Shown: positions 13,632 through 26,625 of the stretch, one piece after another
Numbering within the stretch: the stretch's first letter is position 1
Layout: the number at the start of each line of letters is the position of its first letter
The notes under the pieces: generated by a model
The model's input: only the letters and a program-made list of their open reading frames with translations
What the model was told of the DNA's origin: nothing
Databases searched by the model: none
Translations under genes and position numbers: made by a program
From: the human T2T-CHM13v2.0 reference genome, Homo sapiens
DNA: 64,000 bases
Assembly: GCF_009914755.1 (NCBI RefSeq)
Contig: NC_060941.1
Direction: 5' to 3' (one strand)

Positions 13632-13760
13632 GGCAGAGCGGCTTGGGTAAATCCACCTTAATCAACACCCTCTTCAAATCCAAAATCAGCCGGAAGTCGG
13701 TGCAGCCCACCTCAGAGGAGCGCATCCCCAAGACCATCGAGATCAAGTCCATCACGCACG
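13632..13760 (+). CDS. SEPTIN9: SEPTIN9 coding exon (129 bp; P-loop GQSGLGKS...KSITH)
   Basis: cccag| acceptor, ACG|GTCAGT donor; G1 motif. Confidence 0.97.
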
Positions 13761-14277
13761 GTCAGTGGCCGGGAGTGGGCTGGGGGTGCAGGACGCCCCT
13801 GCCTTCCTGGAGCACAGGGGTTGGGGGTCAAGACCATCACACACGGTCAGTGGCTGGGGATGGGCTGGGGATGTGGGATACCCATGCCTTCCTGGAGCAC
13901 TGGTGCGGTGTGAGGGTGCCCGAGTCAGGCAATCCCAGGTCCCCAAGACGGGGACTCACTGTGCCCACCATCCCCAGCATGTTGAGCATGTTGGGGCTCT
14001 GGCTGTGATGGGTCAGTGTCCCGGACCCCCGTGGGCCCCGTCACACTGAGCTCCCCACAGACAACTGAGTTTTCCACCAAAAGTCTGACAGGCAAGGGGC
14101 TCCCAGGGGAACTGTCACCGGCCTGTGCCGGAGTTGGCTGAGGAAGGCCATTAATTTCCGGTGTCTCCTTGGTTGTCATCGCTGCCTACCTGGGGTTGCC
14201 CCGGGGTCAGTCAGGTGTGGGGTGTCTGTGAGGGTCTTCCGTCTCCCCTCTGACTCTGCGTCCGTGGCTCTGTGCAG

Positions 14278-14359
14278 ATATTGAGGAGAAAGGCGTCCGG
14301 ATGAAGCTGACAGTGATTGACACACCAGGGTTCGGGGACCACATCAACAACGAGAACTG
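14278..14359 (+). CDS. SEPTIN9: SEPTIN9 coding exon (82 bp; [27 protein letters not shown])
   Basis: tgcag| acceptor, TG|GTGAGG donor; G3 motif DTPG. Confidence 0.97.
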
Positions 14360-14764
14360 GTGAGGCCCCTCCAGGGGGAGGAGCACTAGCGGGGGCTTCA
14401 GGGCTCCCTGGACCCCACCCAGAGTCAGCCCTAGAGGTTTCCCGGCCCGCGGGGGTGCAGGGCCCACCTCCTGGGACCTGACATGCTGCCAAAGCCGCAC
14501 GTCTCAGGGGCCTGAAAATTCTGGACCAAAGCAGAATTACCTGGGGAATCTTGCTGTCCCCAACTCATCACCTGAGGCCAGCCCGGGGAGGCTGGTTTGG
14601 GAGGCCGAGGGTAAGGCTGTGGCATCTCCGCTCAGCAAGCCAGACCTCCCAGGGCGTGCATTTCATTGGAAGGTGGGGTGTTGGGCTCTGAGTCCTGGGA
14701 ATGCACGACCTGCTTGGGGAGGGCATCTCATGTGCCCGCTGACTCGTCCCCATCCCCCACGCAG

Positions 14765-14902
14765 CTGGCAGCCCATCATGAAGTTCATCAATGACCAGTA
14801 CGAGAAATACCTGCAGGAGGAGGTCAACATCAACCGCAAGAAGCGCATCCCGGACACCCGCGTCCACTGCTGCCTCTACTTCATCCCCGCCACCGGCCAC
14901 TC
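14765..14902 (+). CDS. SEPTIN9: SEPTIN9 coding exon (138 bp; WQPIMKF...DTRVHCCLYFIPATGH)
   Basis: cgcag| acceptor, TC|GTACGT donor; septin-conserved DTRVHCCLYF. Confidence 0.97.
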
Positions 14903-16336
14903 GTACGTCCCTGCAGTGTCGGCGTCCTCATGCCGGGTGCCCTGGGTTCCCTCTGTCCCCTGGGACTGCCAGACGGTGCTGTCTGCCCTGCTGCTGGGTG
15001 CAGAGGGGCTGAGTCAGGGGCCATGGCCGCCAGCTATGAAGTTGGGGGTGTGCCATGTCTGCACCTCCAAAGCCTCACACTGACCCCTATGCAGTGTCCT
15101 GCCCAGCCCCCATCCTTCAGCTGCGTCTTGGGGAGCTGAGGGTCAGGCAGGCCCTGGGCTGTTCTGGAGCCTGGTGGTCTGTGTCCTGCCTTCTCAGGCC
15201 AGGCTCTGGCAGGTGGAGTGGGAGCCCCCAGCCAAGCACCCGTAGCGGTGACTGACCTTCTCATCCGGGCCCTGCCTCATGGGACCCCTTAGAGGGTTTG
15301 GTGCGTTCTTAGACGGGAAGCACAGAGATCAGTGCTGGCCCCTTCCAGGGCTGGACGGGGCTGCTGTTGGTGTTGGTGAGAGCCCTTTCCTCCCGCCGGC
15401 TCTGTCCGCACCTGACGTCGCCCCTAGAGGTCAGTAAGGGCGGGAGGCTGCATGTACCCTGGCAGGTGGACTCTTCATGGCCTCACAGACCCTCTGTCCT
15501 CAGCTCCCTGTGCACCCCCTGCCAGACACCTGTGGCTCACCCTGAGCCAGGGCTGGGAGGAGGAGGACCAGAGGCCAGCAGGAGTGGCTGGTGGAGGCAG
15601 CCGTGGGTGGCTTGTCTGCATGGGTGGGTGGAGAAGGTCCTTCGCACCTGCTGTCCCAGATGTACTTCCCTGGGCGGAGGAAGCCCAGGGGTTTGGGGAA
15701 ACCATACTCTGTGGGCACCAGGTGCAGGAAGGAGCCTGGCTGGTGGGCAGCGGGCCTCACCCAGAGTCTGTGGGAAAACCCAAGCCGGAGTTTTCGAGCC
15801 CACCCTCTGGCATCATCCTCTGTGGGCCAACAGGAGTCAGGGGCAGGGGGCCAGCTCGCTGTCCATGGGCCTCTCCTGAACTGAACATCTGCCCTCCCAG
15901 GCAGAACGGCTCATCCGCGGTCCTGTGGCAGCTGTTCCAGCTGCTCCAAGCTTTGCCTCAGCTGAGGCTGATGGCAGGAGGCAGAAGCCTCTCCTGATGC
16001 CAGCTGGGCAAGCCGAGGGCGGGCGGGCGGTCTGTGGCACTTCTGCCACTCCCCAGCACTGACCCTTTGGCTGGGACTCCAGCTAGGCATGTTGCCTGGT
16101 CCCGCCCAAGGCGTCCAGTCCCATGGGGCAGGGGCGGGCCTTGGCCATCTCTGCTTAAACTTCTGCCCGGAGCCGGCTTCTCCCCAGCCATGTGTGTGAC
16201 CGATTTATTCTCACTGTGGGAAAAGCTCGGCTCCAGAACTGGGGAAGATGGTGCCCCAGTTCCAGGGCCCTGCCAGCCCCTGCCACCCACAGCTTTCCCC
16301 ACATCAGACCCCAGGCTCACTGGGGCCAAGCAGGCA

Positions 16337-16385
16337 AGGGGAGCAGCCCGCCTGGTGCAGGGGAGCAGCCCGCCTGGTGCAGGGG
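16337..16385. repeat. 22-bp perfect tandem duplication
   Basis: AGGGGAGCAGCCCGCCTGGTGC x2.2. Confidence 0.9.
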
Positions 16386-16778
16386 CACCGCACACTGGTG
16401 CTAGCTTCTATTTCTCTTGCCTCTCCCCTCCCAGCCAAAGCCCCACAGCAAGACGGCTGCTGAGCCAACGACAGCCCTTCTGTGTGGACATGTAGGGGTG
16501 TGGTTGGGACCCCAGAACTCATGGACGAGGGTGCTTGGAGCTGGCCCTGGCCCGCCTGGCCTGTGCAGTGGTGTCACCTGTGTCTGGGACACACCCGTGT
16601 CCTTCCTCTGCCCCACACTCACAGCGTGGCCGACTCGGCCCGGTGCCCTGTCCTTGCCAGCAGGGACCCCCGTGAGCCCCGAGCCAGCACCTGAGAGTGT
16701 CGACACCTGCTTGGGGGTGGGTGCCCCCCCACTGCCCCGCTCCCCCAGATGAGCCTCACGCACATCCCTCTGCTTCAG

Positions 16779-16896
16779 CCTCAGGCCCCTGGACATCGAG
16801 TTTATGAAACGCCTGAGCAAGGTGGTCAACATCGTCCCTGTCATCGCCAAGGCGGACACACTCACCCTGGAGGAGAGGGTCCACTTCAAACAGCGG
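16779..16896 (+). CDS. SEPTIN9: SEPTIN9 coding exon (118 bp; [10 protein letters not shown]...AKADTLT...FKQR)
   Basis: ttcag| acceptor, CGG|GTAGGG donor; G4 motif AKAD. Confidence 0.97.
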
Positions 16897-17260
16897 GTAG
16901 GGTTCCATCTCTACTTGCCCCAGCCCTTCTGTGCAACCTGGAGACGCTGCAGGCCTGGCAGGGGCCACCCCGTCTAAAGGAGTCACACTGTCAGGGAGAC
17001 CGAACCGCTGGTCACTCTCCCCAGCGGGTGGCTGGCCTGGTGGTCCCTGGCCCAGGTGGCTGCTGGGGGCCGTCCCTGAGATGGCCTCTCCAGCTCCCCC
17101 ATATCTCAAAAGCAGCTTTGTGGGAGTGCCAATTCTCCAGCAGAGTCTCTGAGGGGCGTTTTGGAGAAGACCTGGACCAGGCAGATGGTGAATCTCTCTT
17201 CCAGGGAGTGAGGCCGAGCAGGGGCCGTGCGACATGGCCCACCTTGTTTTATGCCCCCCC

Positions 17261-17532
17261 TTTTTTTTTGAGAAAGGGTCTGGCTCAGTTGCCAAGGTTG
17301 CAATGTAGTGGCACAATCATGGCTCACTGCAGCCTCCACCTCCCAGGCTCAGTCCCCGAGTAGCTGGAATTACAGACGCACACCACCATGTCTGGCTAAT
17401 TTTTGTATTTTTAGTAGAGACGAGGTTTTGCCATGTTGCCCAGGCTGGTCTCTAACCCTTGGGCTCAAGGGATCCTCCTGCCTCAGCCTCCCAAAGTGCT
17501 GGGGTTACAGGCATGAGCCACCTCACCTGGCC
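17261..17532 (-). mobile_element. AluJ-like
   Basis: Antisense Alu. Confidence 0.9.
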
Positions 17533-17565
17533 CTGCCTGGTTTTTATTAGATGGAAGAGAAGCTG

Positions 17566-17863
17566 GGCCAGGTGTGGTGGCTCACGCCTGTAATCCCAGC
17601 ACTTTGGGAGGCCGAGGCGGGCAGATCACTTGAGGTCAGGAGTTTGAGGCCAACATGGTGAAACCCCATCTCTACTAAAAATACAAAAATATTAGTCGGG
17701 CATGGTGGCGGGCGCCTGTAGTCCCAGCTACTTGGGAGGCTGAGGCAGGAGAATCTCTTGAACCCGGGAGGCGGAGGCTTCAGTGAGCCGAGATTGAGCC
17801 ACTGCACTCCAGCCTGGGTGACAGAGCGAGACTCCATCTCAAAAAAAAAAAAAAAAAAAAAAA
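17566..17863 (+). mobile_element. AluS
   Basis: Sense dimeric Alu with A23 tail. Confidence 0.95.
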
Positions 17864-18656
17864 GTTTCAGGAGGGATGGTCTCTGCCACCTTCTTCTCCG
17901 CCACCGTCCGAGGCCCCTGCTGTGGGATAGGGAGGGGCATCCAAGCAAGAGGGCAGCCCTGGGCTCTTCCTCCTGACAGGGCAGCACATCAGAGCCACAT
18001 GGGGTGCCTTTCAAAATGAAACCGAGGTGCCTGGGCTGCGGCACCACATCTGCCTCGGTGGGTGTGGGTGGGGCCTGTAACCTACTCCGTCCTGGGGCCA
18101 GGTGTCAGGGACCTTCCCAGCATGTGCAGGGGAAGACAGTCCACACAAAGTGGGTGTGTCTGCCGGAGGCTACACACGGGCTGTGGTCTGTGCCTGGGCA
18201 GGCGAGCGGCCGCTCACTGGGATGTTTCTGTTGCACGTACCCATGTCGGGCTGCTGGCAGGGAGCTGAGAGGTTACTGCAGGCGGGGCCCCTGCTGGAAC
18301 TGGGGACTGTGACGAGGGTTTTTTAGGAAGGGTTTCAGGAGGGGAGGTCTCGGTAACCCTGAGTACTTTCTTGGGGCTGTGATGAGCAGGAGAAGAGAGG
18401 TGGGAGGTGCTCAGGACGATGACCTTAAGCCCCTGGGGAGTTGCAGCGTCGCTCAGGACAGCAGGTGCACCTGCAGCTGCCCCTCTTCCCTCCAGGAGGC
18501 ACAGGAGTTGGAGGTGATTGGTGTCACAGCCCCCCAGAGCCTGCCCTTGAACCCGAGCCTGGGGCAGCACACAGTGTGGAGGTCATGTGGCAAACACCAG
18601 TGGGTGGGTAGAGCTTGCCACAGGGATGGGCCCATCTCTCTCCCTCCTTATCCCAG

Positions 18657-18752
18657 ATCACCGCAGACCTGCTGTCCAACGGCATCGACGTGTACCCCCA
18701 GAAGGAATTTGATGAGGACTCGGAGGACCGGCTGGTGAACGAGAAGTTCCGG
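18657..18752 (+). CDS. SEPTIN9: SEPTIN9 coding exon (96 bp; ITADLLSNGIDVYPQKEF...EKFR)
   Basis: cccag| acceptor, CGG|GTGAGT donor; frame continuity. Confidence 0.97.
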
Positions 18753-19015
18753 GTGAGTGGATCCACTAGGATGTTGTTCCCAGGGGACCCCCAGTTCCTG
18801 CTGAAGGGTGGGTTGGGGGTTTGGAGGACCTTAAGCCATGAAATTATATTCTTGGGGCCAGAGGGCACTGAGCCCAGGTGTCTGTACCCAGTGCTGTCAG
18901 GCTGAGGCTCTCGTTTTTGGGGGACCTCAGGCTCAGGGCAGCTCCTCCCGGGGGCCCAGGGGAGGGAACTGCCTTCCCGCACATGTGTAACCAATACCGT
19001 CTGCCCGTTCCCCAG

Positions 19016-19112
19016 GAGATGATCCCATTTGCTGTGGTGGGCAGTGACCACGAGTACCAGGTCAACGGCAAGAGGATCCTTGGGAGGAAGACCAAGTGGG
19101 GTACCATCGAAG
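19016..19112 (+). CDS. SEPTIN9: SEPTIN9 coding exon (97 bp; EMIPFAVVGS...GRKTKWGTIE)
   Basis: cccag| acceptor, AAG|GTACTC donor; PFAVVGS and WG motifs of the septin unique element. Confidence 0.97.
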
Positions 19113-19534
19113 GTACTCGCCGCAGGCGCCGGGGCTCCAGACAGATGGGAAGACAGTCTCTTCTGCTGATCCAGAGCCTGTGGGCCACGCCTGAGCCGGG
19201 GACTCGTGGAACCTCATCCACTGCCTTGCCCCACCCAAGAGGGAGGGGTCTCCTTGTCCCCATTCAACCCTTGGGAAAGTGAGAGGGCAAGTGGCCTGTG
19301 CAGATGCCTCCACCCCAGACCTCCCCCCGGGCAGGGAAAGATTCAGGGAGACAGGAGCTGGGATGGGGGCCGCCAAGTTCTGGATCCTGGTGCAGGCTCT
19401 TTCATAGGCACCTGTGTGGCCCTGGACAAATCGCCCAACCTCTCTGGGCCTAGAAAAGGGGTGGGCTGTAGCTCTGTGAGCCAGATGGACCCTCGGACCC
19501 TTGCCCTGCTGAAGTTCCTGGGACCCTCACACCT

Positions 19535-20310
<776 letters not shown>

Positions 20311-21539
20311 CTCCTGGCGGTGACACCCCGGGAGGGATGGGCCCGAACGTTTCCTTCCCCTTCCTCTCTCTGTCCCTTCATTTCTCATTAGAATGGAAGA
20401 GGGGAAGGTGCAGAGGGAAATGCAGCAGGAAAAGCCACTTTGTTCTGGGAGAGCACTTGGCTGAAAGGCCCAGTAGAGCAGGAAGCACAAGTCTCTTAAT
20501 CTTCCAGGGCCTCAGTTTTCATCATCCACAAAGTGGGTGCAGTGTGCCAAGATTTTAGTGAGTTGAGAGACTGTCCCAAAGACCACAGAGCTTTTTGGGA
20601 AGCTGTTGCTCTAAAAAAATGGTCATAATGACAATTACCAGGAGGCATCAGACACTCCTGTGCCACTGGCTAGACATGGGTTATCTCGTTTCATGTCCGA
20701 AGCTCCCCGCACCCACCCTCCTTGCAGAGTTGAAGAGGTGCTGTGAGCAGAAAACCTGCCAAGGGACCCAGAACGGGAGGCGGCTCTAGAATCTACAGCT
20801 CCAGCCCTGCACCAGACTCCCTCGAGATGGGAGTTCATGCCTGGAGGAGGGTGTGGAGAGGCACACGGGCCTTTCCCCTGTCTGCACTCCTCCCCTACCA
20901 CCACCCCTGCCGGGCCCACCCTGCGGGAGCTGCCCAGCTGGGTGCAGCCTGGGTGTTTTCCAGTATCCGCCTGTGGTGTCAGGCTGGCTTGCCTCCCCTT
21001 GGCCCCTCTGCCTGCAGTTCCTCTCTTCCTCTCTGCCCAAAGAGTTCTTGCTGTTTAGGAAACTTTTTATGAAAGGCAGGTTTGGGAGAGTTAGGGATGG
21101 ATGGGCCTGGGACGGGCCGGCGGCTTTGCTATGGGCGTGCCTCTGCTGCACCCTGGTGGCCAACCTTGAGTACCGCAGGTGGCCGGTGACAGAAACTGTC
21201 AGGAAGTGCACGAGAGAGGTCCCCGCACCTCTCTGACCTGTGCGTTGTTGAGCACCACTGGCTCCAGCTGAGGAAGAGTCTGGAACCTGTCAGGACAGTT
21301 GTGAGGTGGTGGGGCCCACTTTCCAGCAGTCTTATATGAGGACCCTGGAAATGTGCCTTCAGCACTGCTGGGTTTTTATATCAGGGGCCCCATGAGTTCA
21401 TAGCTGACCTGACACCCGGACTAGTAAGGGCTGTGCCTTGTTCTTGCCTCCCACTTGGTGAACAGCATCTTGAGGTATCTTTCCCATCCTTAGAAACCAC
21501 CCCAAGTATTGTCAATAGAAATGTGGGGTGTAATTGATC

Positions 21540-21680
21540 ACGCCATGAACTCATTTAATCCTCATGTCCCTGAGAGGCGGGTGACGTTATTATCCACATT
21601 TTATGGATGAGGAAACTGAGGGAATGAGAGTAACTTGCCCGAGCCAGGGAGTGGCGATCACACACTCCAACTCCAGCCTG
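21540..21680 (-). mobile_element. MIR
   Basis: 'attatccacattttatggatgaggaaactgagg' MIR core. Confidence 0.8.
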
Positions 21681-22034
21681 AGAGCCCCATTCTTCCTGCC
21701 GGCTCTCGCTGCCCGTCAGTGTTAGATGAGAGTGCTGCTGGTCAGTCTGCAGGAGGTTCTAGTGTGGACACCGCCCTACACAGGGCCGTGGCAGGAGGGC
21801 CTAGGCAAAGGCAACCGGCGTAGCACTGAGAGCACTTGAGGGCTGGGCAAGGTGGAGGCCCCGGCCCTGCCTGCTGGCCTACCAAGTAAAAACTAGACAT
21901 TTTTAACTTGGGGAAAAGCCATGTGGCTCTGCGATGGGGCAGCCTGGAGCCAGGTGTATGGGTTCTGCATCCCGCTCCAGCCTTATGCGCTGTGGAGCTG
22001 AGACAGACACAGTTCTTGCGTTCTCTATGCCTCA

Positions 22035-22335
22035 TTTTCTTTTCTTTTCTTTTTCTTTTTCTTTTTTTTTTTTTTTGAGACGAAGTTTCACTCTTTTGCC
22101 CAGGCTGGAGTGCCGTGGCGTGATCTTGGCTCACCACAACCTCCACCTCCTGGGTTCCAGTGATTCTCCTGCCTCAGCCTCCTGAGTAGCTGGGATTACA
22201 GGCGCCTGGTACCAGGCCTGGCTAATTTTTGTATTTTTAACAGAGACGAGATTTCATCATGTTGGCCAGGCTGGTCTCGAACTCCTGACCTCGTGATCCA
22301 CCCACCTCAGCCTCCCAAAGTGCTGGGATTGCAGA
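22035..22335 (-). mobile_element. AluS
   Basis: Antisense Alu with (TTTTC)n tail. Confidence 0.93.
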
Positions 22336-23344
22336 CGTGAGCCGTGGTGCCCAGCGTCTACGCCCCATTTTCGTAAGATAATGGGGATAACAAAGGAATC
22401 ACAAGAGACACTTGCAGGTGTGTGAAGACGAAGTTCATCACATGGGAGGGCACCGGGTGTCTTTATTTGCCTTCCCTGCCCGGCTCCCCACCTCTAGTGA
22501 TGCCGTTCACTGCCCTCCTTGTTAAAAGGCCTTCTGTTATATAACAGTTACACATGCCAGGCACCGCGTGTTCATATAGGAGTTACGAAGCACAGCAATA
22601 AAATGACCACTCTGAGATGGCCACCAGCTCGAGCCCGAGGGCACTTGTGGGTGCCCGTGGTCTCCTGCCCAGTCTCCCTGAGAAGTGGCCACTGTCCCGA
22701 GCTTGGGCTTGTATGTATTGTGTGAAGTGCACGTGTCCCTGAGCAATGTTTAGCATTGCTGATTCTTGAGCTTGTGAATGGTCGTCCACAGTACGTAGCC
22801 CCTGTGTGTGTCCCTGTGTGTGTGTGCTCTGAGCGCACACAAGGTGGATGGGGCCGTGGGGGTAACACCCTGTGGGCCACAGGTTTTCTTTAAAATCCCA
22901 GCTCCGATTCCTGCTTCATCCCATTCCCAGCAGCCCAGCCCCCTGCCTGTCTTCAGGCCCCTGCTGGGACGTCCTGCTCTCCCTGGTCACCCCAGTGGTG
23001 CGGGGGCCCACTGCCCTGGCTTCTCCACTGTGGCTTCCTTCCATGCTCCTATTTGGCCTGGTCACTGTGCCATCTCCCATTAGCCAGGAACTTTCTGGAG
23101 AGCAGGAGCTGAGCTGTCCAGGAGCAGGAGCTGGTGCTGGTCACTCCAGTATCCCCCAGACTGAGGGCAGTGCCAGGTGTCCTATACTCAGCTGCAGAGC
23201 AGGTGGTTCCCCTGCCCTCCTGCCCATGGGGCTGCCCTCAGACTCTGCTTTTGGCACCAGCATTTCTGGGCAGGGGGAGAGAGGTGGGGTCCGGGCAGAG
23301 TTTCTCCACTGGGACATTAAAGCCCCTCCTGTCTCCTCTCCTAG

Positions 23345-23396
23345 TTGAAAACACCACACACTGTGAGTTTGCCTACCTGCGGGACCTTCTCATCAG
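23345..23396 (+). CDS. SEPTIN9: SEPTIN9 coding exon (52 bp; VENTTHCEFAYLRDLLI)
   Basis: cctag| acceptor, CAG|GTGAGA donor; septin HCEF..LR motif. Confidence 0.97.
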
Positions 23397-24552
23397 GTGA
23401 GAGACAGGGTGCTTGGGTGGGGCTGACGGCTTCACCCCTAAGAGGGCCCTACAGCGGGTGGGGGCAGTGGGTGTGGGGCCGAAGCCCTGGGCAGAGTGGG
23501 TGCCCCCTGCCACCTGCCTGCCCTGCCCTCGGGAAGATCTTGGAAGCCCATCTTCTGAAAAAGAAAACCCACTGGGAAATGAAGCAGGCAGTGAAGATCC
23601 TTTTCAACCCCTGCGAAGTTGGCTGGATGGGAGGGCTGAGCTTTGATCCACTGTGGTCTGGCCCGTTAGAGCTGCCCGGTGGCCACTAAGGGCCCAGTGA
23701 GGCCTCATGTGCAGGCCCTGCCGGCAGCGTGGGGCGTCTCCAGCTCCGATCCCACTGGCCTCTGACCCCTACCCCTTTCACCTGGCTGAGGCTTCTCCTT
23801 GTTTCCCTTGAGTCCAGGCAAGGAGGGGAAGCCCTGATGGAGAGGGTGCTGGGTGGGTGGTCCCTGGAGTGTGGGCCCTGGCCTGGGCAGGTTCTTCCTC
23901 AGCAAGCAGCTGGCATGGATGATGGGAGTGTTATCAAGAGGAGGGGCCTCCAGGTTGGCGGGGGCAGGGGTGGGGGGATTCCGGGAGCCGTTCTGCCATT
24001 GTGGGGATACTGGGCTTTCCAACCTCCCTCCAGATTATTCCTCCTGAGCTGCAGAGGAATGAAAATCCGAGCCCAGGACTTTTTTTTCCTGGGGACAAGG
24101 GCAACCCAGCCCTTTGCCCCAGGCCACCTGCCTGCCACAGGCCATAGTCCTGGAGGCCGGTGGTCACCCACTGCTTCCACCCTGCCAGCACCCTGGACAC
24201 CGGCCTGGAGCAACAACGCTCCAGCCCTGTCCCTCTGAGTCTATGCACTGTCCCTGGGCCCTGGACCCAGGGCCATAGGGTGGACCCAGAGGGAGACACA
24301 TGCACTGGAATATGTGTGTTCTGACCGAGTCTGGGCTTACCAGGGGGACTGACCCTTCCCCCAAAACGTGTACCAGATCTGGTCCAACATGGTGGGCCTG
24401 GGGGACCCCATGGGGAGCCAAGCAGTCGGGATGGGGAGTGGGGGTGGGGGCAGGCGGGCCTGAGTCCGAGGCAGGCCGAGCAGGGCCCCTGCCCCGCTGC
24501 CCCCACCCCGCTGCGCCCACCTCACTGACCCGCCCGCCCCCCACCCCCACAG

Positions 24553-24688
24553 GACGCACATGCAGAACATCAAGGACATCACCAGCAGCATCCACTTCGA
24601 GGCGTACCGTGTGAAGCGCCTCAACGAGGGCAGCAGCGCCATGGCCAACGGCGTGGAGGAGAAGGAGCCAGAAGCCCCGGAGATGTAG
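24553..24688 (+). CDS. SEPTIN9: SEPTIN9 terminal coding exon (RTHMQNIKDIT...GVEEKEPEAPEM*)
   Basis: cacag| acceptor; TAG at 24686-24688; total from ATG 7878 = 1008 nt = 335 aa + stop. Confidence 0.97.
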
Positions 24689-26625
24689 ACGCCGCCCTGC
24701 CCACCCCCGGGATCCTGCCCCCAAGTCTTTTCCGTCCCCCCCCCAGGCCCTCCCACCACCCCATTTTATTTTATATGATTTTCTCCATTTGTCATCGTTC
24801 CCCACCCCTTCGACATGCTGCCAGGAAACAAGGGAAGGGGCCTCCCTCCGAGTGAGTCAGTGATGAGGCCGCGGCCTCCCCGAGGTTGTGGGGAGGCTGC
24901 ACTGGAGCCACAGGCAGGGGTGAGAGCACCCACTGAATTGACATGACCCTCTGTCCCCAGGCCTGGCTCCCCGAGGGCTCAGAAGAGCAGCTTCGGTGTG
25001 CAGATCATCCGTCTGTGTGGGGTTCTCAGTGCCGGAGGCCTTGGGGTGGGGGCCAGGCCTCGCACTTGCAGAGGAGCCCAGTGGGCTGCACGCTCCCCTC
25101 CATCCCCATCGGCCCTGTCCCCTGGAGTGTGTCAGAGCCCAGGGGAGAATGCAGCCCACCAGGAGCACCTGGACCCCCTGCCCGCCACATGGTGTGGCCA
25201 TCACTCAGCCCCTACCCCTGCCCTGCTCCTAAGGGTAGAAAACTCCAGGGTCCCCTGCCACCGACTGCCCAGCCACTCCAAGCCCCCTGGCAGCTGCCCC
25301 TCCTGGAGCAGAAAGTGCCTTTATCTCAGCCATCCGCAGACTGCTTGGCCAGATGCGGGGACAGGCTGGAATGAGGGAGGCGTCTTCATCTCCCTGCCAT
25401 CCCCCTCTCACGCCACCCCCGCCCCCACCGGGCTGCAGGTGCTGCTGATGCGCTGGGATCTGATTGAGGATAAAAAGGAAGGAGAGATGACCCCTACCCC
25501 CTCATCCCCCAGTTTTGAAAAGGTCTAAGCAAGTGAGTCTGGTGGAGGAGCTGAGGGAGGGAGCCATGGAAGGTGCCAGAAGGAAGGTTGGCGGGGGCAC
25601 GTGTGGGCCGTGGCTTGGGCTGGTCAGAGTGGCGTGAGCTGCCCGGCGCCTGCCCTGCCCAAGTGACCAGGGAAGTGTGTGTGTGTCCATGTGTATGCGT
25701 GTCCGTCTGTCTGTCTAGTGTCTGGGTTTGGCCCAAGACTGGGCTGTAGTTACATTAATGCCCAGCCAGCCACCCCTGCCACTCACCCCTCCTGGCCCAG
25801 GCCTTGCTGACTCTCTGAGCTGGGGAGGTGGGAGGCCAGGCGAGCCTGACTCTGTTGATCTACCCGTGCCTGGGCCCCTCCCCTCAGAGCCCATGGTAAC
25901 GAACCCCTAGAAAGGAGAGAACGGGCGTCAGGGGTGCACAGTCCACAGCTGAAGAGCAAGGTTTCGTGGCAGCACGGCCCGGCCCCTCACCCTCTGTCCC
26001 CACGAGGGGACCCATGGGGGCTGTCTTTGCAGGGCACAGATGACCAAAGTCCCTTCCTGCTTCCTGTTACCTGTCTTGCTCCTGGGGAGAAAGAGGGGCC
26101 TGATGAGACTCCACTCAGGTGCACACATCACCAGGTGCATCTGCAGGCACCGGGCTGGCTGCTTGCAGCCAGGAGAAGGTCAGCGAGAAGGAGTGTATGA
26201 GTGTGAGTGTGTGTGCATGGAAGTTGGGGCACTGGGCGTCTGACTCCCTCCCCACCCAAGAGAGGAAGGACCCCTCACCACCCCCACTGGCGAGACAGTT
26301 TACTTTGCCGACTTGCCATGTTTTTGCCAAAACCAAGATTTTGAAGGAAATGAGTGGCCAGCGCCAGGGCCCAGGCCATGTGGCCTGCCCAGCCTCAATG
26401 TCACTTGGTGGCGGGGTGGGGTGGGGGTGGGCAGCAGCATCCCAGCCTTGAGATGCTTCACTTTCCTTCTCTGTAACCAGACTTTGAAAAATTGTTCGTT
26501 TCATCAGGCTCTGTTCCTCAATGGCCTTTTGCTACGTGCCTCCCGAGAAATTTGTCTTTTTGTATAAATGACAAAGTGTTGAAAATGTGTTTCCTGAAAT
26601 AAATGTTTCAAATGCAGAAACCCAG
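24689..26625 (+). other. SEPTIN9: SEPTIN9 3' UTR (~1.9 kb; end approximate)
   Basis: Transposon-free stretch from the stop codon to the poly(A) signal. Confidence 0.85.

Noticed and set aside
19013-19018. NAGNAG acceptor (CAG GAG), and a second AG 6 nt into exon 16779
   Set aside because: GAG acceptors are rarely used and the proximal CAG is favoured; no evidence from sequence alone
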